The translations under genes and the position numbers were made by a program. A stretch of DNA of 64,000 nt from Amphiscolops sp. MND2022 (Eukaryota): the NCBI GenBank assembly GCA_964187785.1, contig OZ076412.1, positions 69,254,001-69,318,000 of the forward strand, given 5' to 3'. This document shows positions 47,169 to 60,866 of the stretch, piece by piece. The notes under the pieces are model-generated. The model had not been told where the DNA came from and did no database searches. It was given only the letters and a program-made list of their open reading frames with translations. Each line of letters starts with the position of its first letter. Positions within the stretch are counted from its first letter, which is position 1.

Positions 47169-47276
47169 AATAGTATAGTCTGACCTGTCGAGTCATGCAG
47201 CGATGGCCTCTCCCAATTCCTATTTTTCTACACCCACAATCCAGTCCGGGCGCGGCAGATTGTGACATCTTCAGAA

Positions 47277-47658
47277 CAGTGGATTGTATACGATTATACG
47301 AAATCCACAATTTTCTATACGAATTACATGTTTTACGAAGACGCTATTATTATACGAGTTATACGGAGAATCGCTTTTCAGTCTTTTTGCGTCGATTTTG
47401 CCGTAACGGGCTAAGGAAGTTTTTGGAAATTATGAAATTTTTGTGATGAATTTCATATCAAATGCATCTAAAATGGTAATAGGCTATACGGGATACGAAA
47501 AGGAGAGTATTGCAATCCCCTTTCCTGGAGCTATTAACACTTTCCGATGGAAAATGATCCGAAAACTGTGCTTCATGCCTTTATACGATATAAGAGGCGA
47601 TTTATGCGAATTATAAATTATAATTATGCGAAACCTTCGATTATACGACAATACACTG
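47277..47658. mobile_element. hAT-type MITE with internal TTATACG repeats
   Basis: TIR cagtggattg / caatacactg, flanked by cttcagaa / cttcagac (7 of 8 matching, putative TSD). Confidence 0.7.
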
Positions 47659-49977
47659 CTTCAGACTTGATTTTTTTTCTTCAATATTCATAATCGACGC
47701 TGTAAAATCACTGCGTCTACAAATGTATTTTCAAATCTACCAAAGTTGTTAATGTAATCTTTCATTGATTACACTTAAGTGATTGGATACTTAAACAAAT
47801 ATTTCATTAAATAAAAGAAATTAAACACAATTTCATTGCAACCTTCCGACAACACAATGCACTATTGTTTTTTAATGGTGGTTTATTTTAATGTCTTCGT
47901 TTCAGAAACGAGGAATATTTTCAGATTGGGAGAAGTAACGAATTTGTGCGTAAGCTCGAAGTCAATCAGGCATGCCAAAAGGTCATTATCATTTATCTTC
48001 TTCATTTAAATGGCAAGAGTTTTAGTTCTTACTTGGGGCGCTTTTCAATGAACTTCATTGGAGTTCCAGTTTAAAAAGTACTTAGTTTTTGGCTAGTCAG
48101 AATTTTTTCAGAATTTTGGCTAGTCCATCGTGAGAGGATAGAATTAATAATTTATGAAGTCGAATTGGACATTTCATGAGTTGCAAAAAACTGAGTACCG
48201 TATGGGGCTGATTTTCTGCCGTTTGAAACCTTGAATAATAAAGCATCCAAGATTATAAAAACAGTTTTCCGGAGATATTCACAACCTGGCCATGATTCTA
48301 GCGAGATTAACACGAGCTGCAAGAAACTATGTTTTTAAATCCTATGTAATCAAATAGCATAATTTGGACGACTTATCAAAAATGTTTCAGTAAACATAGA
48401 TCGAATTAAATGACTGGATAGAAAACCTGATATATTGCCAACTTCATTTTGACATCATTTATTTAGGAAACAGTTTACAATGAATTTCATTCATTATGGT
48501 TGATTTGATAGTTTTATTAGTACCAGAAATCTTTTGAGTGCGGTTTTCATGTTTGCATGTTCGGTTTTCATTTCGAGAGACGGACTCAGCATTGATTCAT
48601 TGACCGACTGACATCACTAGAACAAAACATAGTGTTTTAAGTTTGATATTTTAATTGCTTCAAATTAGTTTTTGTTGATTTTATAGTTTTTTGATGATAA
48701 TCAAATCGTTTTTCGGTACTCTGAGACGTTTATCAAAGATCCTTTTGGGCTATTTTTCTGATGGTTTGAATTTTTCGAATCTTTTTTCTTTTTCTGTCGA
48801 ATACGATTTTAGAAATAATTTTTAAGGTATTGAATTCCTATGTATTTGTTGGATCTTTTCCATCAATTCAAGCGCCACCATTTTAATCTCCTGTCGAATA
48901 ATTGAGCTTTGTGGAATTGATCGAGTAGTTTAATCCTAAATGGACGACGGTACGATTTCGTACCAGTTAGCTTCTGCAAATTTCTGATGGCACCTGTTGG
49001 CTTTTTGGTAAAGAAAACTCATGAATGAGATTTTCAGACAATATAACGTCGCGTTGCACGCCTTTCCACGAAATATTGACCTGATGTCTCCGAAATGAAT
49101 AACAAAAATCAAAAAACAATGAGCGCAGATTTTTGCTTTTCCAGTTTTTGTTTGTGATCCCTCTGGTATAAAGATTAGGTCAAAGTGTTCCTAGCATGTT
49201 TTGAAACATGCAGAAATGCAGAGACACGAGGCTTGCAAACTTTTTGCGCAAAGTCCGGAGCCAGTGTGGCTCTCAGCTCAGCAGTCCAAAAACCAACGTG
49301 AAAGCCCTGATTGTCTTATTTCGAAGCGCTATAAATTATTTGTCGGACTTGAACAGTTTAGATATTGTGTTTTAAAGTTTAAGCACCAGGTTTTTAGCTG
49401 GATCCTAAACCAGATTTTCTGTGAACATTATTGACCGACTTTGAGAATGAATTTCTTTTATGGATTGAAGTGAATAGTTTTTTTCAGATCACATCTTTTG
49501 GTATATGAATTGAATTGGATTAATTTTTTGTTCATTTTATAGTTTTTTTTCAAGATGTCGGATGTCTTGTTTGCTCTATAGAAGTTTCAACTTCCAAATG
49601 TTGACAATGCCAAAGAAAATATACTTTTTCGGAATTTTTCTACTCGTGATAAAATTAGGAATGAAAGTATTTCTTCGTTGATTTTCTGCTGAAGCTTGTT
49701 CTGGAGAAAATTGAAGCTTTTTGAGTGTGATCATTGGATAATAAGCATCCTTTATGGTGGTACATCAGAAGCCAATATTGCATCAGGTCTAAGTACTTGA
49801 AAAGTAAAAACTCAACTCCAATACAGTGTAGGGCGCTGAAAATTTGCAAACCGATATTCAATTTTAGCTATCCCCCAGCAGACCGCTGGTCGCATACCGC
49901 TGGTAATTAAGATTTAAAGTTTGCTCCGCTATGCGAAGCATCATTCCCATTCTTCCTACCTCTCTAGTAGCATTATA

Positions 49978-50719
49978 CAGTAGCGTTCTAAAATATCGCA
50001 ACTTCATTACTCAAAATGACATAATTCGAAACCAAATAACTCGCAAACTGTCATAAATGCAAAATGTCAGCTAGGAAAGTTTCTTCGAATTTTATCTAGT
50101 TTACAAAAACGATTGCTTGAATTTCATTGAACGAAAGTTGGAAATAGTGAATTTCGACGAAATTTTATCAAATTTGCACTTTTTCTCGATTTTCACAGAT
50201 TTTAAAAAAATATATATTTTTGAAAAATTTTCAATCAATCCTTTGCCCCCTTATCTCCTGAGGTCGCTGGTATACTTTGATTGAAATATTTTTTTTCGAT
50301 CCCCAATAAAAATCAATTTTCTAAGTACAATTCCTATATCCTATCTTAAATCATGTTTTGCAGTGTTCATGGACACAAAATAGAGTACATTTTTCTGATT
50401 TCAAACCAATTTTTGATCAGGACAATTCAATAGGTTCAGGAGATTGGCAGGAACCTCCGAGTATCTTTGATTTCCAAAAAAGTTGATTTAGGCCTCTCAA
50501 ATATCGAAAAAACTCAATTTTCAATTAAATTTTCTAGTTTGCAATTTCAAACTTTTTCAATTTGGGTTGTAGAAATTTCAAACTTTTTTGTAGACTACAA
50601 AATGTTTTTAAGAAACTTTCCTAGCTGACAATTTTTTGTATTTTTAGCATTTTCAAGATATTTGGATTTGAAAATGGCAATTTTGAGCAATGGAGTTGTG
50701 ATATTTTAAAACGCTACTG
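49978..50719. mobile_element. Tc1/mariner-type MITE
   Basis: ~40-bp imperfect TIRs beginning CAGTAGCGTT(C/T)TAAAATATC, flanked by TA on both sides. Confidence 0.8.
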
Positions 50720-50903
50720 TAGTAGTGCATGCTAATTTAGAAGGTCTTTTGATTGTCTAATTTTTGGAATCAGCCAATTGAAATCAAGATTGATGAATCA
50801 GACTGATTTTGGAAAACAAATTTCAATGTCGTTTTGCAAATTTTCAGCGTCCCTACAATGTAATATTACATGTAAAAACTAAATTTCAAAGTCGTGCTAT
50901 TGA

Positions 50904-51418
50904 CAGGGCTGGGTAAAAAAATAGTGGCCATGTTATGGGTCGTCCTAAATAAATAATTTAATTTTCTCTTTAAAAAAAATAATTTTGGCATCCTTAAAAT
51001 TAAATTTTATTTGTTGAAGGAAAAAAAGTAAATAATGGGCATAATGGTAAATTGTAGAAAAATAATCCACAAATTTACCATCAATAAATCAAAATAAAGT
51101 TTCAGTATTTCATCAACGGTTTTTGCCGAACATGTTTTGTTTACAAACAGAAAAAGGCAACTTTCCAGATTCATTGATGTCATTGTGTCTCAAATAACCC
51201 TGTGTTAATTTTGCCCGACTAAAAAGTCGTTCACAATTATTTGATAAATGCTGTCAATCTATTGGATAAAGAAACTGCTATAATTATTGAAATAATGGAT
51301 CTTGTAGAAATAAATTATTTCATTTCTATGGTAGGAAAAATAAATACTTTTATTTCTTACATTCGAAAAAATTTATCGAAATATTTTTTTACCTTAAACT
51401 GTTTTTTACCCAACCCTG
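50904..51418. mobile_element. hAT-type MITE
   Basis: TIR cagggctgggtaaaaaa / ttttttacccaaccctg, flanks gctattga / gcttttga (7 of 8 matching). Confidence 0.75.
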
Positions 51419-52014
51419 GCTTTTGATGAAAGAATGTAAATCCTGCCTCACCTAGCTGCAAACTTCACTTTCAACATTTAAGCATTAGTCTACGAATGGA
51501 TTATTAAACTTGAATGTCGAGCTGTGAATTTTGAACGTTTATTTAGTAAATTTAATCATTTATCTGATTTGTCAGGTTTCCTGACAATTTTGGTTGTCGT
51601 TTCGCAAATTTCTGACGTTCGACAATTCTGGTGCACTGTGAGATGTAATGTTATTTGAACCCCAGTTGTTCAATTCATGTAAACAGTTGGCTACGAAGCG
51701 TGATGTTACATGTATGAAACTTGTAAGACTCTCTGAAAGTCAAAGGCTTTCTTTCCGCCAATTGTGTACCTAATTTGTGGAGTGATGAGCGATGGGTCTG
51801 TATAAATATTTGCTCAATTTAGTTGGAGTTGATTCGAAGTTCAATTATCAGTCGCGAACATTTGGGTTGTCATTTTGCAGATAATTTTCCATTGCTGTCA
51901 GTGATGTTTTGCTAAATCTTTGTAACAGATTTTTAAACAACCGGTTGAAAATTTTAAAAACCGAATCTGTTAAACCATTTTTTGCCATGAATCTGAATTT
52001 TACCAATTTTTAAC

Positions 52015-52303
52015 GGTACTCCTGACTAAGTGTGGTCCCTACAAAATTTATGCAGCCGGTCTGAAAACTCCTGACTAAGTGTGGTCCCTAGAAGAGGTTA
52101 GCATATTTGTTGTATGGCTCGGTCGCTTCGCTCCCTTCGCCAAGTAGCAACATTGAGGCATGGCCACATGGCATGTCGCTTCGCTCCTGCATTTAGGGCA
52201 CTAGGGGTATGTGAACATAGCTGACGACGTTATAATAATAATTCCGATAAAATATGCAGGGACCACACTTATATAATAGGGACCACACTTAGTCAGGAGT
52301 ACC
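52015..52303. mobile_element. Merlin-like MITE carrying the shared ~150-bp core
   Basis: Perfect 27-bp TIR GGTACTCCTGACTAAGTGTGGTCCCTA and perfect 8-bp TSD TTTTTAAC. Core at ~52096-52250. Confidence 0.85.
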
Positions 52304-52699
52304 TTTTTAACAACTTTTTGCGCATTAGTGTTTGCTTTTGTGGTCATTTCCTCAAAGTTCTTGAAAACACAATCAGATGAGTGGGTGGAAGTTCAGAAAA
52401 GGTGCGGAAACTAGGCATGACTGTAAGGGTTTTCAATAAATAACACAAAAAATGATTGCAATTAAATTCAGTAATTTATTTTTAATATTCAACATATATA
52501 ACCATTGACATTCGAAAAACAGATTAATTGCAATAATTGTGATGTCATACCAGAGTGTGCCAATTTCGTCAGCCGCCGTGAATTTCGTCAGCCAATAGGA
52601 ATATTCAGCATTGTGAGAAGTGTCCACACAGATTATAGGGAAAAAATCACCCCTGTAAACTTGGAGAGTCAAATGTTTTCGAAAATGAACTGACAATAA

Positions 52700-52862
52700 A
52701 TAATTCTAATCAATACAACGTTATTCTAATCAATACAACATTATTCTAATCAATACAACGTTATTCTAATCAATACAACGAAATTTCTGACAACGAAATT
52801 TCTGGATTGCTAATACGGCGAAATTTCCTACGACGAAATTTCTTGCGACGAAATTTCCGCGT
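52700..52862. repeat. 20-bp tandem repeat (TTATTCTAATCAATACAACG, ~4 units) grading into ACGAAATTTC repeats
   Basis: Visible directly in the sequence. Confidence 0.8.
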
Positions 52863-53680
52863 CCCGATGGTCAATAATTTAAGTTATTGCAATAATTTAT
52901 TTTTCTAGGTCAGCAATTATAATAATTGATATACAGTATGCAATTTTTATTACACACCCTTGCTTTGCTGTCTGGCCTTACTTGAACTCCTGAACTATTT
53001 TTGAATGATGTGTTTGGGACTTTGAGATTTCGGTTGGAACTCCCGACCTCTAATCCTTTTGTGTTTTCAAGAACACTGAGATAATGGCCACATAACTTAG
53101 GGAAAACGAAGATTAACACGTTGAATGTTAATTTTTTATTACTAATAAAATGAGCAAAGTTATTCATATCCCAAGCAGCCTCGAAGGGGGGTGTAAAACA
53201 TGGTCCAAGGGTTTTCTTATACATTCAGAAACATGACCCAAATGATTTTAAGTCTTTAAGAGAAAATTTCACTTGCCAAATCATTCCTGGGGAGGTTACA
53301 TACTTGCTGTGAAATGATGTGAATGAAGCATTCATTGAATGGTGTGAAATTTTTGGAACCACTGCAACATCTGTGTCCTGTACAACTGTGTAGACTATTG
53401 AAGCTACTGTGCAAAATTCTTAGCTCAAATGTCAGTCAATTTTATGTTGTTTAAATCATAGACTGTATCAGTATTGCACGGGAGAAGTACTTTGGCTGGT
53501 TTCTTTCTCTTCAATTTGTGAACCCAGAAATTATCTATTATTTGTTGAATTTTTATTGCACTGAGCTGTCGTGCTGAGTTTGATGTGAAGCACTTTTTCC
53601 AGTTGGGATGACCTAGAATATACCGGTATAAAGTTTACCATTTTTCTTCATTCAGTCTCCCACTCATCCAGTCATCGGCA

Positions 53681-56440
53681 ATGGGTGTAAAGTATTCCGT
53701 TCCAGCAGCAAGACACCCCGAAGTACCTTTCTGCATCATAAGCTTTTTCTATGATCAGGTACAAATCTGCAACGCTGACGATGACGTCATATCTATTGTG
53801 CGGAATAATTTGGAAAGAAACTACAAAGGCATTAAGAAGGAGAGTCGAAAAGATGATGTGCACCTATTCAAGTGCAAAGGCGACCCTTTTTCTACATACT
53901 ATTCGACTGATCATCAGATGTTTATAAATTGCATGTGCTTTCTATTGAAAGACATGTGCGAAGCGGGGTATATAAAAGTGTTTTCTGGGGACTTCAATTG
54001 GTATATTGAATCAAGTGCCTGGTTTTTCTACAAGTCTCCCAGAGCAGTTGCTAAAGACATCGAGTTTTGCGCTGTTGATCTGTGGTCTTCCGACAAGCTG
54101 AAGCTTTTCAATTGCGAAAACCAAATTTGTGAAGCTGTCAAGTACACCGTGCACGAAAATTGGAGAGGAATTCAGAAAGCAGAGCAGGACGAACTGTCGT
54201 ACCAACTCAAGTTGAAAGGAAACCCTTGGGGCATAAACAGGGGAGACGATGCAGTGAAAAACCGAATGTTGATCATGAAAATTCTGCAAACCATGGCGTC
54301 TTATGGCTGGACTTTGTATTCTGCCACCAACATCGACGGATTCACTGATACTCTTTTCTTCTGTCGCAAACGAAATCTTTACATCTCCCATGAGTTTTGC
54401 TCCTCAATTTTGGCAATCAGTCTCAATCAGAATGATCGATTGCGGTTGATCAACGCCGATGGAGGTGTGATTGATGCCATCAAAACTGTTATCAGAGGAA
54501 ACTGGTCTGAAATTCAGACGGAGGGTGACTATCACGGAAGTTATGAGTTTAAGCTGAAGGGTACTCCGTGGTGGGTTCGAGGTGAAAAGTCGTTACCCTC
54601 TGTGTCGCTCCTCTGTGCTATTTTCGTCCAACTACGACGAATGGGATGGAAAGCCATCATGAATTTGGATATCAGTCGTGGCGACCATGACAAAGGAGTA
54701 TTCTTTTTCATCAGAATGCCTCCAAAAGAAAGTCACTACTGCGCCTTGAGTCTGAAAGACTCTAGTTATCTTTATGGAGTTCATCTACACGAGAAGATAC
54801 AAGCAGCCCTGACGCAAATTTTTACCCCTTACTTTGAACTGAGGCCCTCCTCAAAAACCCCGGCCATGAACTATGCCATCAAATGGACCATGATGGCCTG
54901 TCCGTGGTCAAGTTCAGGCACTTCCACCATGCGTTTCAATGGTCAGCTGTTGATGGCCGCAATGGTGAATGCTATGGTTGGATTCAATTATCACTTGTGC
55001 AGTAGCGCTGATATTTCAAGTAAGAGTGTGCTTAATATGTTTGGCATACGACTGAATGAAAATATTGCATGTAGTTTCATTATCAGATTCGTCATCATTT
55101 TTGTGAAGTACAGGCCTACATCTCAAAAACGCCTTATTTATCGTTCAGTGCATTTCTTTGACATTTCAACAATTTGTCCTGTAGCATATGTCCTGTAATT
55201 GTCAGTAATGACGCATTTTCAAATAACTCTCTTTAGGTTGAGGATTCATCTAATTCAGAAAATTAATTTCCCCAGTTCTGCTTTTCCAAGACAGTGTCCA
55301 TTTTCGGATACTATCTCCCCATAGGAAGCTATGGTACAATATCTACAGCTAAATGGTCAAGCAACTGTGGACTTTAAGCTGTGGTTTCAAAGTGACCTGC
55401 TCAAAGTCATAAAGTTCTGACTGCTCACCGTTGCTTTTTATTTTGACTTCTCCGAATGCGTTGTTTTTCTTGTCATGGCCATGCCTCTAAGCTAGGGATG
55501 AAGGACTTGCTCAAGGCCAGCAATGGTGAGTTGACAGAGATTCGAACCTGATACCGCCCCAATACAGGCCGAATGCACTAACCACTACACCATGTTCCCC
55601 TGAAAACTTGGTTTGAAATGAACAATTGTGGAAAATTTGTGGGTGATCTCGTTCCCTATTTACAAAAAAAGCATTCAATTATAGCTTCTACATTTATGAA
55701 ACGTTCTAATGAAATTTCGTATCAAAAACGTTTTTAGTCGGCGCTTCATGAAGTGAAACGAGACTATATTAGTGACTTTTTTCAATCACACGAACTCACC
55801 AAAATAGTTCTACAAAGTTCTACGAAAGGTGCCAAATTGGATCATTTGGCACACGGAACTGAAGTAAAAGTTTTTTTTTCAGCGTAAGATACAATGCCGT
55901 GCGAGACTAAAGGCCCCCTTTCAGTTGTTTCCGGCATTGTGACTTTTTTTGGAAATTTTTTTCTCCAAAGGGCCCCTTCAATTTTTTTGATGTTTTGCGA
56001 CTGAATGGATGTTGAAAATCCGAAAATATCCCTTTTTAGCGCACCAGTTCGGTCGTTTGGGTTTTTCGAATGTGTTTCGAAACTTTTTTTGTGAGTTTTG
56101 GGTACTGTAGAAGAGAATACTTGACACTTTGATGTCCTTCTGCTATTTTTGAGCCTTAGATATGGCGCCGACTTGGGCCGTTCCCGGCTTGTTTGACATC
56201 ATCGAGAAACTACAGAAATTACACTTTTTCCCCCAAAGAATTCCTTCCGTTCCAGGTATATTCGTGCGCCGTAATAAAGCCCCTGACTACAAACCCGACA
56301 CCCTGTTCTTTGCTCTGGATGACCCCCCTTTGAATGTTGGCGTCTTCACGGACCAGCCTTCCTTCGTGCCCATGGACAACTTCTTTTCCACCGCTCCCCC
56401 CTCCCCGCCTCCTAGTTATGAAATTCTTTATGGGGAGTAG
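53681..56440 (+). CDS. Uncharacterised ~507-aa protein with four ~105-aa internal repeats and a C-terminal PPxY motif, 2 exons
   Basis: Exon 1 53681-55019 (donor gtaaga) and exon 2 56256-56440 (acceptor ttccag), phase-1 join SADIS|SIFVRR. Repeat signature: SLxxxDxLxLxN...W..IQ...(E/Q)(F/L)KLKGxPW...GW...D...FF. Confidence 0.8.
55470..55600 (-). mobile_element. tRNA-derived SINE remnant
   Basis: Minus strand: A-box TGGTGTAGTGGTT and B-box GGTTCGAATCT, followed by CCTTGAGCAAGTCCTT, which resembles the body segment common in tRNA-SINEs. The acceptor stem does not pair. Confidence 0.55.
55731..56194 (+). mobile_element. HINE family 1 (GCCG-hairpin subfamily), intronic
   Basis: Runs from TTTTTAGTCGGCGC to GGCGCCGACTTGGGCCGTTCCCGGCTTGTTT. 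Confidence 0.85.
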
Positions 56441-57459
56441 TTTTACCCTCCCTTGCACCTGATTAAGGGTTGTTGAACTTGCTCTCAGATTTTTAATTCT
56501 TGCATGCGTGCTAATGCAGCCGTAAGGTGTAACTGAGTTACCTTTCTCTCAGCCATCTTTCTTGGACATAGTTCTATTTGTATCTAGATCAAATATTTTT
56601 TTACATTTCAATTCTGCCGCACATTTGGTTGAACCAAATTTTTTGTAATTGCTCAATAATTCATTGAATGATAGTTTTTTGAATGAAGATTTTGCTCATT
56701 TTTACGAGTTGCTCTGTAATTTGTAGTCAAAACTTATGAAATTTGATTTCAAAGACTGATTTTTCCAGGTCATATAGTACTGCTGTAATAAACTACTTCA
56801 ATTTGATACTTTTTTGAACTTGCAAATTTCTCCGAGCTCTTTCCAATACTTTTTCGGAATAATTAATTCGAAATAAACCGCGTCTCTAATTTATCTGACC
56901 GCTCCCATAAGGCGGTTACCGAGTCGAATCTGCCGGAAAATTTTCCATGCTGCATTCATGAATGCAGGCTATTTTTTTATAAAACATGAAAAATCCAGGG
57001 ACCCTGCATAAAATTTTTTTAAAAAAAACTTCCAGGCGGTTTCCAGTTTTTTCAAATAAGGAAGCAGGAAAACGAAGGCCTCGAGCAATCTTAAACGTCC
57101 AAGAAAACGAGTAAAACTTATTCAAACAATTTCTATTCATCTTCAAACTAATCAATTGAATCAATACAAAGCCAGACAAATAGACACCAAAAAACACTTC
57201 ACGACATTCCAATTTTTTTTCATTTCTCCAATGAAAATTTTTAGGCAAAAATTGCTTTTCCGCTCGTAGCGTCAGAGATCTGAAAGACCGGAAAACTCCC
57301 CCTGAAAATTCAAAGCGTCCCAGAAATTCACTTTAAAATAATTTCAAGCCTGAGAAGCTGGTGACTCTGAAAATTTACCCAACTTGTAAACATTTTATCT
57401 TCCCCTTTGTAACAACTTTTTGAGACTTACTGCAAAGTTAGAAAGCGAGTTCCAAATAA

Positions 57460-58379
57460 GAACAAGCCGGGAACGGCCCAAGTCGGCGCCATATCTAAGG
57501 CACAAAAATAGCAAAGGACTTCAAAGTGTTAAAGTATTATCTTCTAAAGCACCCCAAAAACCTAAACGTGGGTTCGGATTGGCGCGCCAGGGGAACGCTT
57601 TGACATTTTTCATCCCTTCTGTCGCAAATCATCAAAAAAATTGAAGGGGGACCCTTTAATGAAAAAAATTGAAAGTCTCACAATTCCGAAAAAAAACTGA
57701 AAGGGGGACCTTTTGGTATTTTTCAACATCCATTCTGCCGCAAAACTCGAAAAAAAATTGAAAGGGGACCCTTTGGTGGAAAAAAAATCGAAAAAAAGTC
57801 GCACAATGCCGAAAAAAATGAAAGGGGGACCTTTTGGTATTTTTCAACATCCATTCTGCCGCAAAACTCCAGAAAAAATGAAGGCGGAACCTTTGCGGAA
57901 TTTGTTTTGTTTAGAAAGTCGCACTATGTCGAAATAATGAAAAAAAAATTGAGAAAAAATTTCACCGAAATTTTTTTTCGAAATTTTTTTGAAGTCTCCG
58001 GTAAGTCGCATAGTGCCGAAAAATCTAAAAGGGGGGACCCTTTGGGATTTTTTGAACGTCCATTCTGTTGCAAAATATCGAAAAAATATTGAAGGGAGGG
58101 CCCTTTGGAGACATTTAAAAAATTTGCGGAAAAAAAACTCACAAAGCCGAAATTTTATGCACAAAAAATTTGATCAAGGGTGAGACTCGTACCCTCGTCC
58201 TTCTGCTTGGCAGACATCAAAACTATCCTAATTAACCTCTATACTAAGTGGCAGTAGAAGTTACAAGTGTGGCAGTTAGTGGACGCAGCTTATGAAGCTT
58301 ATGAAATTTGTCACTTCGTTGGTCTTAAAAAAAGTCACTGCTATAGTCTGCGTTTTCTACGAAAAGCGCCGACTAAAAA
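57460..58379 (-). mobile_element. HINE family 1 with internal tandem core units and a tRNA-like cassette
   Basis: Runs from gaacaagccgggaacggcccaagtcggcgcc to gaaaagcgccgactaaaaa. The cassette at ~58177-58260 resembles the one at 13093-13170. Confidence 0.85.
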
Positions 58380-60380
58380 TACACCGGTTTATAACATTTT
58401 TGATGGAAAAACTTTTGCCTTCGAGTTTATTTCAGTGTAAAGGCTATTTCTTCAGTTTGAGCTGCGGAAAAAAAATAGTTCGGCAAGTTTAATTAAATTC
58501 CTATTAGTTTAACTGGTCAGCACTGTTGTTAACCCCAATGAACCTAGTGATGCTTTAAAGCAGCCTACCTTTTTTTCCAAATTCTAATTCCTTTTGCCAG
58601 TAGCCCATTTTCTCTAGCACAGTTTTTTTTCAACAAGTAATTGGTACCTAGATTGATTTGAATGGCACAAGCATTAGAAAAAGGGAATATATCTCCAAAG
58701 CTGAGAAAAATGGGTTTTTGGCACAAAAAAAGAGTTATATTTTCTCAAAATTCAGATTTTGACGAAATCCGGTTTTCTCAAAAGTCTTTGATCAATAGAA
58801 AAAACCAACCACATACCCTTCCACAACAAGTCCTGGTGCAACAAACCCCTATAATATTCTGTTGTTACTACAAGCCCCCGCGCAGCGGGCCGCACGAAAT
58901 GCGGAACTGCCGCGAAGCGGCGGTACCGGAAAAAGAAGCTAAAATTCTGGAGAAAGGGGCGCGCGGCGACAGGAGCTCACCTGAGCAAAATAAAAGCCCA
59001 ATACCAGACCTTTCAAACGCGCTATAGTTTGTTTCTCTGGTGCGCGTAGTTGTGGAGATATTAATTTTTTAAAATTTTTATTCAAATTTTTTGAAAATTT
59101 TAAAAAACGCTCAGGTCGATTGGGGTTAACATGATTTAAGCAATTCTTAATATTGTTCCTTCTGTTCAATTTTGACGAGCCGAGAACATTCTTAGTGGGC
59201 GCCTGCTGGAAGACTTCAATCGCTCAAGGTAATAAAAAAGATCAATGAGTAGTAATTTTGCCAGATATTCACATGAATCGGTTTTAAAAAGCCAAGCGTA
59301 TTTCAGGAAGTACTAGAAAAAGTTGGCAATGTTGAAATGTGATGCACCGAGAAAAAATAAAGCGTTTAAAAAGTGCCGTTAAACTATTTCGTGAACTCAA
59401 ACTCGGAAGCTTCAATCGTCCATTCACGAAAATAATTGCAATTGGCTTTTTGTATGCAACCTTGGATACCAAAATTCTAGCGCTGAGAAGCATTTCTGGA
59501 AACTAGTTGATGTTTTACCAACAGAGACATTTCCTTTTAGTAACGATGTTGTGGTTTAGACTTGCTCACTTTTGACCTTTCGAAAAGTTCAATTTCATTA
59601 GTTTAAACTATCGATATTTGCACGCTTAGAAGCGGTTTGATATCAATGAGTAGAGTTATATTGAGAATTGACAGTATAATGTATGCAAGTTATCAAGGAA
59701 TTTTTCTAGATTCGAAGGTTTGGCCGTGATACTCATTCTGCTGTATGCTGTACAGTAACGTCTGAGCTTGATCGCTCGAGTCAGAATAAGTAATTATATT
59801 TGGTTAAACATCCTTTGGGTTCTACAGTATAGTTAACATGAGCTAATCGAGGCACTCAATTCATTGATCTTTGATTTTATATTACTTCGAAGTCTATTAT
59901 TCAAGCTTCTATGATGCAGTAACTACACCAGTATATACCATTTCTTGTTTTGCGTTCTTACACTCATCTCCACGAGTTGTTTCCAGACGATGCAGCAAAG
60001 TTGTAAACCTTGTTAGATCCAGTGATGTCAAAACATCATTATTTGATTATAACCTTTTTGATAAAAGTTTGAAAATCTTTCACTTCAAATGCAAGTCTTG
60101 AAAATAGTTGGCGATCTTGCGCTGATGCAATAATGTTCATTTGCAAGCGATGCAATGTGAATGGCTGCAATATTAAGCCTTTATTCTCAAACTTGAACGT
60201 CATGCGTAACTTGAAAAAAGCAACAAATGCTTGAAACTTATAATGGAAGCATGAGAACGTATTCTGAAATAACAATTTTAGAATTCTACAAACTACTTTA
60301 GCGGAGATTCTTCGTTCGCTTAAATTTTTGCGGTATAATGCTTGGTGCGAAACGTCGCATTGCGCTCTTCGCCTTTGCCG

Positions 60381-60866
60381 TTTTTAGTCGGCGCGTTTTC
60401 CTTGTAAGGAAAAATGCCCGACTATAGCAGTGACCTTTTTTTTCACTCCACATACCTCACAATGATTGGTCCACTTTTTAGAAACATTCCTGAAACCACC
60501 TAAGACCAAGTCCGGCCAAGGCAAACTTAGTCCCAAGGGTGGTAACCCCTTTCATTTTTTACTCTTTCAAGGAAACATACAAAACCGGGCGTGCCTAAAG
60601 GGTCTCCCTTTGGATTTTTTCGGCACTGTGCGACTTTTCCGAAAATTTTGTTTCGAGTTTCGGGCCCCTTCGATTGTTTTGATATTTTGCAACAGAATGT
60701 ATGTTAATAAATCCAGAAGGGTTTCCCCTTTTACAATTTTCCGCACTATGCGACGACATTTTTCGAAAGAAAAATTTTTTTCAAATATTTCAAGTTTTCT
60801 AAAAAAATGTTTTGCGCTTTTTGAGCCTTAGATATAGCGCCGACTTTAGACGTTCTCGTCTTGTTT
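60381..60866 (+). mobile_element. HINE family 1 (AGACG-hairpin subfamily)
   Basis: Runs from tttttagtcggcgc to agcgccgactttagacgttctcgtcttgttt. Confidence 0.85.

Noticed and set aside
59871-60275. Weakly protein-like minus-strand frames
   Set aside because: Interrupted by stops with no recognisable motif.
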